Virus record (IMG/VR): IMGVR_UViG_3300025121_000056
Span: 1 to 63,479 of that record
DNA length: 63,479 nt
DNA from: a virus
Taxonomy: Duplodnaviria > Caudoviricetes
Reading direction: 5' to 3' (one strand)
Translations under genes and position numbers: made by a program
Shown: one piece after another, positions 40,491-47,589 of the stretch
How the letters are laid out: each line of letters begins with the position of its first letter
How positions within the stretch are numbered: the stretch's first letter is position 1
Notes under the pieces: generated by a model
The model's input: the letters and a program-made list of their open reading frames with translations, nothing else
The model's database searches: none
What the model was told of the DNA's origin: nothing

Positions 40491-40877
40491 ATGAAAACGG
40501 ATTTGAAGGTAAGCGCGGATATAAACGCAGGGATGGATCAACTCGGAAAATTTTTGAACGATTTATCGGTAAAACTTGGAATAGCCGGAAAAGAATTGTT
40601 GCCATACTACGCAAAGAGAGTATTCTTGCGCGGACTACAAAGAATAATTTTCGGGGCATTGGTAATGATATTGCCATATCTATTATTTTTTGTAAATCCA
40701 TTTCCAGAAACGTATAAAGATTATTGGATGTTGGCAAGAATACTGTTTTGCATAACGACAACGTGGAAAGGGCTTGATTGGATTACTGATTGGATTGAAG
40801 AAATTGGCGCACCGGAATCGGTTGCGATACAATGGTTACTGGATGAGTTCAGAAATTTTATTAAAGCGGTAAGATAA
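40491..40877 (+). CDS. Cassette ORF, membrane protein
   Basis: GAGG RBS, two hydrophobic helices. Confidence 0.65.
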   Translation: MKTDLKVSADINAGMDQLGKFLNDLSVKLGIAGKELLPYYAKRVFLRGLQRIIFGALVMILPYLLFFVNPFPETYKDYWMLARILFCITTTWKGLDWITDWIEEIGAPESVAIQWLLDEFRNFIKAVR

Positions 40878-40899
40878 AAAGCGCGGTGGCGTTTTGTCC

Positions 40900-41029
40900 A
40901 CATAACGGAGTTGCAATTGTGCCGATTGCGGACACTGTAAATAAAATTTTATGAACGAAATAACTAACATATTAAACAACAAAAAATGCCGATCAAGAAA
41001 GCAATTCGGACACGAATTGCGAGTTATAT
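40900..41029 (-). repeat. attC-like site
   Basis: ATAAC GGAGTT GCAATT GTG CCG ATTGC ... GCAAT [T] CGG [A] CAC [G] AATTGC GA GTTAT. Confidence 0.8.
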
Positions 41030-41054
41030 TTTTTGGCGGCGGGAGATTGTAAAA

Positions 41055-41273
41055 ATGACAAACAAAGAAATTAAAGAAAACATTTTAGAACAAGCAGAAG
41101 AGCTTGAAAAACTTTTAACCGACAGAATTAGTGAGCTATATAATTTAAGCGGAGCTGCACAAGGACAGTTCTTTCAAGGTGCAAGACACACTTTTTGTTA
41201 TTACAGAGATTATACTTGGAAAATACGGGACTTGGCGAGACAGATTGCAGAAGTAAAGCCAGCCGCCAAATAA
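41055..41273 (+). CDS. Cassette ORF, hypothetical
   Basis: GGGAG RBS before ATG 41055; ends AAK-stop in the cassette end repeat. Confidence 0.6.
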   Translation: MTNKEIKENILEQAEELEKLLTDRISELYNLSGAAQGQFFQGARHTFCYYRDYTWKIRDLARQIAEVKPAAK

Positions 41274-41406
41274 ATATAACGGTTCTTTGCCTAAACCGAT
41301 TGCGGACTTAGAAAAACAATGATAAATAATTTATTAACTAAAAATAGCCGACCAAACTCAAATCAAGAATTGCGAAAGCAATTCGGATTTGAGGCAATAG
41401 TTATAT
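41274..41406 (-). repeat. attC-like site
   Basis: ATAAC GGTTCT TTGCCT AAA CCG ATTGC ... GCAAT [T] CGG [A] TTT [G] AGGCAA TA GTTAT. Confidence 0.8.
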
Positions 41407-41438
41407 TTTTTGGCGGCGGACATTAAAGGAGAAACAGA

Positions 41439-41582
41439 ATGGAAACATTAGCAGTCCTTAACGGAATATTTTTTATAGTAAATATTACAATAAACGCTAT
41501 GCAAGGAAATTGGGCGGCAACAGCAGGATGGTTTTGTGCATTGTGTTGGGTATTTAATTGGTATATAAAAGCCGCCAAATAA
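41439..41582 (+). CDS. Cassette ORF, 47-aa membrane peptide (not in the ORF track)
   Basis: AAGGAG RBS; METLAVLNGIFFIVNITINAMQGNWAATAGWFCALCWVFNWYIKAAK. Confidence 0.65.
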   Translation: METLAVLNGIFFIVNITINAMQGNWAATAGWFCALCWVFNWYIKAAK

Positions 41583-41776
41583 ATATAACGGAGTGGCGGC
41601 TAAACTGCTGCGGAAATAAAAGAAAGGAAATAATAAGATGGACGTTGAGAAAATTAAAAAGTGGATTGCGAACATAGAGCATTTTGAACCCGATTTAAGT
41701 TTAGGGACGTGTAGGACATTAGGTGACATTAAAAAAGAACTTGACAAGAGCAGTCAGTTTGAGCCGCAAGTTAAGG
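41583..41776 (-). repeat. attC-like site with coding loop
   Basis: ATAAC GGAGTG GCGGCT AAACTG CTGC ... GCAG [T] CAGTTT [G] AGCCGC AA GTTAA. Confidence 0.8.
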
Positions 41777-41946
41777 TGCAAATTGCGGAAATTACAGAGG
41801 ATTATATAGAAATTGCTTTTAATAAAATTGTTACAGTAACAGATAGTAAGGATTTTTTTGAAAGAGATGGCTTCGCAGAATGCAACAAAGTTCAATTACA
41901 CGCAATTATTATGCAAATATGGTTACATAGCAATTTGTCAACATAA
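41638..41946 (+). CDS. Cassette ORF, hypothetical; starts inside the attC
   Basis: AAGGA RBS in the loop; reads the arm as SSQFEPQV; TAA in TAAC. Confidence 0.6.
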   Translation: MDVEKIKKWIANIEHFEPDLSLGTCRTLGDIKKELDKSSQFEPQVKVQIAEITEDYIEIAFNKIVTVTDSKDFFERDGFAECNKVQLHAIIMQIWLHSNLST

Positions 41947-42068
41947 CAGATCAGCGATAAGACGCAAAAGAGTAAGAAGGAAAATTTAATTAATGAACAA
42001 ATTTAATAACATAATAACTACAAAAATTGGAACGAATACTTTTGTCGTTCTTGATTGCGTAGTTAGTT
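41941..42068 (-). repeat. attC-like site
   Basis: ATAAC AGATCA GCGAT AAGA CG CAAAAG ... CTTTTG [T] CG [T] TCTT [G] ATTGC GTA GTTAG. Confidence 0.8.
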
Positions 42069-42098
42069 TGCTTTGTGGCGGACACAGGAGATAATAAA

Positions 42099-42497
42099 TT
42101 GGAAGAGAAAATAATATTAAAAGGGATAGTAGCAACGGGTTATATGATGGACAACTTTAGCGGAATAGACTTAATACAAGAGGACGGCTATAAAGTTGAC
42201 TTGATAACCAGATTGAAAGAGTTTGTATATAATTATGGTAAAAAAATAACTGTTAGATATTGGGTTGCAGAGAAAAGAGAAGAAGATGAGAATGTAAAAA
42301 AGAATACGTTAAAGAAAATTATGGGAGTATTAGAGGCGGAATACGAAACAAGTTATTATGAGTATAGCGAATATACAAGTGTAACTGATTACGATACAGT
42401 ATTTAACATTGACAAACACAACCTATATGCGGAATTGATGGGAGTGCAAGGGAAATATTTGATATTAGAAGTGGAGAAAGCCACAAAGTCAAACTAA
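42099..42497 (+). CDS. Cassette ORF, hypothetical phage protein
   Basis: AGGAG RBS before TTG 42099; 'YSEYT...HNLYAEL...GKYLILEV'; TAA in TAAC. Confidence 0.65.
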   Translation: MEEKIILKGIVATGYMMDNFSGIDLIQEDGYKVDLITRLKEFVYNYGKKITVRYWVAEKREEDENVKKNTLKKIMGVLEAEYETSYYEYSEYTSVTDYDTVFNIDKHNLYAELMGVQGKYLILEVEKATKSN

Positions 42498-42617
42498 CGG
42501 CGTGGTTTTTCACTTGCCGCATCGGAAGATAAATGAATGAAAATATTAAACAAAATACTAAACATTAAATTAACAATCGCCTCGCTATTCGCGGTCAAGT
42601 GCAAAAACTTGTTATGC
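42492..42617 (-). repeat. attC-like site (attI-proximal)
   Basis: CTAAC GGCGTG GTTTTT CACTTG CCGC ... GCGG [T] CAAGTG [C] AAAAAC TT GTTAT. Confidence 0.8.
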
Positions 42618-42644
42618 TTTTGCGGGCGGAGAAGGAGAAGATAA

Positions 42645-42866
42645 ATGGAAGTCATAACAGGAAAAATTTATAAGTGTTCTTTTTGTGGACATCGAACCCT
42701 AACAAAAAAAGGTATGGAATTACACGAGGGAACATATTGCAAAAAAAACAAGAATTCAATAGCATTAATGGATATAGAAGATTATGGAGAATCACAAGAA
42801 ATCAGACGTGGTGATTATTCCTCAGACGAACTAGCGAGAAATAATGCTTGGCAAATGGGTATTTAG
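42645..42866 (+). CDS. Cassette ORF, small zinc-finger protein
   Basis: 'YKCSFCG...MELHE..YCKKN'; AAGGAG RBS. Confidence 0.7.
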   Translation: MEVITGKIYKCSFCGHRTLTKKGMELHEGTYCKKNKNSIALMDIEDYGESQEIRRGDYSSDELARNNAWQMGI

Positions 42867-42884
42867 AACGCAAGCCCGCAATAA

Positions 42885-42950
42885 GCATAACTATCTCTTA
42901 TATAGAATTTATTCTTGATAATATTTATGAACAAACATAAACGGGAATTA
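42885..42950 (-). other. attI-like site (crossover G/TT at 42891 on the minus strand)
   Basis: The last TAAC box has no attC hairpin partner and lies 60 bp before the intI-like start. Confidence 0.6.
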
Positions 42951-42951
42951 T

Positions 42952-43098
42952 ATGTTAGAAGATGATTTCAGATCGGTTTGCAGATTAAACCACTTTGCTA
43001 CAAAGACAGAAAATACTTACTGGAGTTTTTGTTTGCAATTTATTCTATTCCATAATAAGAAACATCCGGCGGAACTTGGTAAAAAAATTGGTTATTAA
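42952..43098 (+). pseudogene. intI: Integron integrase N-terminal fragment (48 aa)
   Basis: MLEDDFRSVCRLNHFATKTENTYWSFCLQFILFHNKKHPAELGKKIGY* matches the IntI N-terminal pattern (LDQ.R..IR..HYS.RTE..Y..W...FI.FH..RHP..LG). Confidence 0.85.
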
Positions 43099-43242
43099 TC
43101 ACAATATTCTTATTTTTAGTTAGCTTATGAAACGTATCTTAACAATATTTTTATTATTTGCCCCAAAAGATAAGGAATCTTGCCCTAAAGGTACGATTCA
43201 TAAGCACTTATTTTGCGGGGCATTTTTTATTGGAATGTTATA

Positions 43243-44145
43243 ATGAAAATATGTCGAATTTGTTTAATCGAGAAAAAAGAAGACGAGTTTTATCCGAGGA
43301 TGGGAGTTTGTAAAATTTGCCACAATAAAAGATGCAGAGATTGGGCAATCAAAAATCCCAAAAGAATATTGAGCATTAATCTAAGAGCAAAAAATAAGGC
43401 TAATAAATTACGGTATGATTGGTTATCAAAACATAAACGAAGACATCGGGGTATATACGTAACAAATGGGAAATTCCAAGCAACTTATCAACATAAAAGG
43501 AAACGATATTATTGTGGTCTTTTTGATACTATGGAACAAGCAATAAGGGCATATAGAAAAAAAGAGAAAGAAATTACCGGCAAAAATAGAATTCCTCTAA
43601 AACCAACTTTTAATTACAAAAATAAAACCGTGAAAATTCCGTTGTGCAATTATGGAAGAGCAAATTCTAAACATTATGGTAAATTCACAACGATTATTGA
43701 TTTAGGCGATTATAAAAAAATTAAAGATTATTCTCTATCAATTAATGGTGGTTATGTTGTCTTATCTATAAACGGATCGTTGGTCAGATTGCATAACTTT
43801 TTATTTGATAGCGAAAATACAGATCATAGGAATGGGAATAAACTAGACAACAGAAAATCTAATTTTAGAAAAGCAACTCATACCCAGAACGCAAGAAACA
43901 GTAAAAAACCTGTCCATAATGGACTTTATCATAAGAACACAAGTCCATATAAAGGTGTAACAAAAAGAAACGATTATATGTATAAGTATAGAACAAGAAT
44001 AAGGGTTGATGGAAGATTAATAAGTTTGGGCACTTATGATAACGAAATAGTCGCAGCAAAAATTTACGATGCAGCGGCAAGAAAATATTTCGGTGAATTT
44101 GCTTGTTTGAATTTTCCTCAGAGACAAGAAAGGGGGGCAATTTAA
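43243..44145 (+). CDS. HNH endonuclease with AP2 DNA-binding domain(s)
   Basis: 'DHRNGNKLDNRKSNFRKAT..QN', 'SPYKGV...LGTYDNEIVAAKIYDAAARKYFGEFACLNF'; N-terminal CxxC pairs. Confidence 0.9.
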   Translation: MKICRICLIEKKEDEFYPRMGVCKICHNKRCRDWAIKNPKRILSINLRAKNKANKLRYDWLSKHKRRHRGIYVTNGKFQATYQHKRKRYYCGLFDTMEQAIRAYRKKEKEITGKNRIPLKPTFNYKNKTVKIPLCNYGRANSKHYGKFTTIIDLGDYKKIKDYSLSINGGYVVLSINGSLVRLHNFLFDSENTDHRNGNKLDNRKSNFRKATHTQNARNSKKPVHNGLYHKNTSPYKGVTKRNDYMYKYRTRIRVDGRLISLGTYDNEIVAAKIYDAAARKYFGEFACLNFPQRQERGAI

Positions 44146-44147
44146 TA

Positions 44148-44255
44148 TTGTACACTCACATTTCTCAAAAGCAGATTAAGAATTACAAGAGTCCATTGGA
44201 TTTAATGAATAGTAATAGAAATTCTGAAACACTAAAAATTTATAAAATAGCATGA
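44148..44255 (+). pseudogene. intI: Integrase C-terminal fragment with catalytic Tyr
   Basis: LYTHISQKQIKNYKSPLDLMN... matches the tyrosine-recombinase/IntI tail IYTH(V/I)....SPLD. Confidence 0.8.
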
Positions 44256-44357
44256 CCGAACACGACAAAGTACAAAATGATATTTCCGGTTCATTAAAAT
44301 CCGAACTAAAGGCAGCAGAGTTATTTGGCGAATTCGCTAATCTAAATAATATTATAA

Positions 44358-44873
44358 ATGAATAATGAAGAAACACATATTGCCGTCCAAAACGATATTC
44401 TTTTATCGAGAGAATCGGAGTTGAAAGCCGCCGAGATCTTCACTGCTTCCGGATATTTGGTTTATGTCCAATTTATAAAACCTCAAGCAAAAACATTAGA
44501 AGATATAGAAAGCAATTCGGACTTTGGAGATATTATTATTTTTAAGCCCGGTGGTTCTAATGCAGTTGTGGAAGTAAAAAGATTATCGAGTGCAAACGCC
44601 TTCGCATATTTTTGTGAGGCAAAGGATTTTCGGAACGGGATCATTGTTGATCGGAAACAAACGTATGACAAGAAGTTCATCAAGCCGGTGTTATATCTAA
44701 CATTCAATCATCCTATGAGTTATTTCTTTCTGATAGAGTGTAAGAACAAAGAAGACTGGACCGTAAGAAAAGAGTATTGTGTTACCACAAAGAAAATGGA
44801 AGATTATTATGTGAGCAAAGCTATTGATTGTCAGTTCTATGAGACTGAAGATAAATTAAAAACAAGTCCTTAG
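44358..44873 (+). CDS. PD-(D/E)XK nuclease-like protein
   Basis: 'DFGDIII...VVEVKR'. Confidence 0.55.
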   Translation: MNNEETHIAVQNDILLSRESELKAAEIFTASGYLVYVQFIKPQAKTLEDIESNSDFGDIIIFKPGGSNAVVEVKRLSSANAFAYFCEAKDFRNGIIVDRKQTYDKKFIKPVLYLTFNHPMSYFFLIECKNKEDWTVRKEYCVTTKKMEDYYVSKAIDCQFYETEDKLKTSP

Positions 44874-44937
44874 TTGGACACACTCCAAGCGAGAGATGAG
44901 ATCGCATCAAGTCTCTTGCTCTTATTAAGGGAAGAAT

Positions 44938-46707
44938 ATGAAACTTAATATTTCAAAAGATTTTAGTTTACCGATTGATGCAGTTACACAAACCTTTTCA
45001 ATATTAGCTAAACGAAGGGTGGGGAAAACATATACCGCTTCAGTTATGGCCGAGGAAATGGTAAAAGCGAAACTTCCATTTGTTGTTTTAGATCCTACTG
45101 GTGCATGGTGGGGATTACGTTCCGGTAAAGATGGTCGGTCCGAAGGTGGTTTGCCTGTTTATGTCATTGGTGGCGAACATGGTATTCCTTTGGAACCGAC
45201 TGCCGGGAAAGTAATAGCCGAACAAGTAGCAACTTATCCTTCTTTTTATGTAATAGATATATCTCAATTTGAAAGTAATGCAGCACAAGATAGATTTGCA
45301 ACAGATTTTGCTGAAAGACTTTATCGAATAAAAGAAAAAAATCGTGAAGTAATGCACCTTTTTATTGACGAAGCTGATGCTTTTGCACCACAAAGACCTA
45401 TGCCCGGGCAACAAAGAATGTTGGGTGCGTTTGAAGTGTTGGTAAGAAGGGGTGGAATACGTGGTATCGGTATTACATTAATTACTCAACGTCCAGCAGT
45501 TATAAATAAAAACGTACTTACTCAAACAGAGTGTTTAATCGTTCTACAAACTACTTCTCCGCAAGATCAAGATGCTATTGAAGAATGGGTAAAACGGAAT
45601 GGTAGTGATGAGGAAAGAAAAACTTTAATGTCTTCTCTCGCTTCATTAAAAAGAAGTGAGGCGTGGATTTATTCACCTGCTTGGTTAGAAGTATTCAAAC
45701 GAATCAACATTAGAGAACGTGATACATTTAATTCTTCCGCAACTCCGAAAGCCGGGGAAAAACAAATTAATAATCCGTCCCTTAAACAAGTTGATATAGA
45801 AAAATTAAGTCAGCAGATCAAAGCAACTATTGAGAAAACAAAAGAGAACGATCCAGAGATACTGAAAAGGAAAATCCGGGAACTTGAAAGGAATCAGAGT
45901 ATTAAAAATGTTGTTAGTCCTGATATGCTCTTAGTCAATAATCTGAAGGAAACAATAAAAGGACAGGATAAAGAGATCATCCAATTACGGAAACAGTTGT
46001 TACAAACGAATGAAACTATTAAACTCACATTCCAAAAGACTTTGAAAACAGTAAAATCTTATGTGGATAAAATAGATTTTTCAGAAATAGATATTCCTAT
46101 AATTGTAGTAAACACACAAAATGAATTTTTCAAAATGGCTACAACTCCAAACACTGATAATTCTGTTATAGGGAAGATAATAATTAAGGAAAAATTTAAT
46201 CAATCTCCTTGTAAAACAACAATCCGTGATGGAGAAATAAAACTTAAAGACGGGGCTAAAAGAATGTTGGCTGCTGCTGTAAAGTGGAATCCTCTTGGAA
46301 TAACTGGTTCTCAAATGAAAACACAAGCCGGGATAAAGCACGTTAATACTTTTAGCACTTATAAAACTCAATTAATTAGCGTGGGGTTGTTGTTTCTAAA
46401 TAGTGGTAGCGGTTTATTCTACCCTACTGAAGAAGGGATAAAATATTCTGGCGATACTCCGAGTGCAGAAACAACAGAAGAAGTATTGGCGTTATGGTTG
46501 CCTCACTTCAAAGATGGTGCAAGAAGAATGTTGAGGTTTTTAGTAACTCTAGACGGTAAGGCAATCACACACGAATCTTTGATGCAAGAAGCGCGCATCG
46601 AACATCCGAATACCTATAGTACATATAAGACACAATTAAAGTCTGCTCATCTTGTGGTAGAAAATGACGGTATGATTTCAGCAAATAAGGAAACATTATT
46701 CTTATGA
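44938..46707 (+). CDS. HerA/DUF87-like P-loop ATPase with duplicated C-terminal wHTH-like module
   Basis: Walker A AKRRVGKT, 'VLDPTG', Walker B LFIDEAD, 'ITQRP'; twice 'KDGA.RML...T(F/Y)STYKTQL'. Confidence 0.85.
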   Translation: MKLNISKDFSLPIDAVTQTFSILAKRRVGKTYTASVMAEEMVKAKLPFVVLDPTGAWWGLRSGKDGRSEGGLPVYVIGGEHGIPLEPTAGKVIAEQVATYPSFYVIDISQFESNAAQDRFATDFAERLYRIKEKNREVMHLFIDEADAFAPQRPMPGQQRMLGAFEVLVRRGGIRGIGITLITQRPAVINKNVLTQTECLIVLQTTSPQDQDAIEEWVKRNGSDEERKTLMSSLASLKRSEAWIYSPAWLEVFKRINIRERDTFNSSATPKAGEKQINNPSLKQVDIEKLSQQIKATIEKTKENDPEILKRKIRELERNQSIKNVVSPDMLLVNNLKETIKGQDKEIIQLRKQLLQTNETIKLTFQKTLKTVKSYVDKIDFSEIDIPIIVVNTQNEFFKMATTPNTDNSVIGKIIIKEKFNQSPCKTTIRDGEIKLKDGAKRMLAAAVKWNPLGITGSQMKTQAGIKHVNTFSTYKTQLISVGLLFLNSGSGLFYPTEEGIKYSGDTPSAETTEEVLALWLPHFKDGARRMLRFLVTLDGKAITHESLMQEARIEHPNTYSTYKTQLKSAHLVVENDGMISANKETLFL

Positions 46708-46933
46708 CAGAAGAAACAAACAAAATAGTAGATTCAATAGAGAAAGATAATAATGAATTAGAGTACAGAATAAACATTAGCATTGATTTGTTCTGGAAAA
46801 TCGCACCAGAGAGCACCCTTGAAAAAATGAGACAAGAAAAATTAAAATTCATCTTGAATTATAATGCAGAAGCATTTTTTAGAGATAAACAAAATTGTGC
46901 AAAATTTATGAACATGATAGCAAACATAAAAAC

Positions 46934-47395
46934 ATGAATAACAAAAAAGCAAAACTAATCCGGAGAACCACAAAAGAAGAAATAAAAACAAATTATGATT
47001 CTCTTTATGAAGCGGTTGCGGATAACGGAATAATAGTACGGTTTATTTTTGATGGTAAAGTATTAATCAAAGCAAAAGAGCAAAAGTTTACAATATTTAA
47101 TAATTACGTTAATGATCTCACTGGTGCAGCAAGAACTAGTCCGGACGTAAAGGTTCAGAAAGCAATTCACAAGTTTAGCAGAAAAGTAGGTAAAAGCATC
47201 AACAAAGAAATGAAGAATGATTTACAGTTGCTTTATAAAACAATCTGTGATCAGGTTTGGTATATAAGATTTGCCTTTGCAATAAAGGTATTGGCAAAAA
47301 TAAGTTCATTCAAGTTTGTTCTGACTAATAAATACGTTACTGAAGGACAAGAAAAAATAATTGATGAAGTAAGAAGTCTGGTAAAAGAAGTATAG
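46934..47395 (+). CDS. Hypothetical protein
   Basis: ORF with ATGA coupling to 46704. Confidence 0.5.
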   Translation: MNNKKAKLIRRTTKEEIKTNYDSLYEAVADNGIIVRFIFDGKVLIKAKEQKFTIFNNYVNDLTGAARTSPDVKVQKAIHKFSRKVGKSINKEMKNDLQLLYKTICDQVWYIRFAFAIKVLAKISSFKFVLTNKYVTEGQEKIIDEVRSLVKEV

Positions 47396-47589
47396 CGGAT
47401 GAAAAATAGTTGTTGATTGTTAAGTTTCTTTTTTGTAGAATGTAGTATCGCTAAATAAGTTTAGGTAACATCAATGATAAAAACGAACATACTTTCCCAT
47501 GCCTTTGTAAAAGCAATTCCATTCTATGGTTGCCGACAACTATTTAGCGATAGTCGTAGAGGCATGGGTTTATTTTATACAGGCACACC

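Larger units (their letters stand above)
38980..44255 (-). mobile_element. Phage-borne integron-like locus: 9 cassettes, attI-like site and disrupted intI
   Basis: Nine attC-like hairpins of the same polarity alternate with short ORFs, followed by a divergent IntI remnant. Confidence 0.85.

Noticed and set aside
38980-42891. CRISPR, REP or plain terminator interpretation of the array
   Set aside because: The repeats conserve structure (AAC/GTT boxes, bulges) rather than sequence, lack U-tails, and adjoin an IntI remnant.
43086-44147. Self-splicing intron within intI
   Set aside because: Joining the flanks gives only ~80 aa without the catalytic core, and there is no room for a ribozyme core.
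44938-46707. HerA-nuclease defence system together with 44358
   Set aside because: The partner nuclease call is weak and this ATPase type occurs in phage early regions, so there is not enough to name a system.
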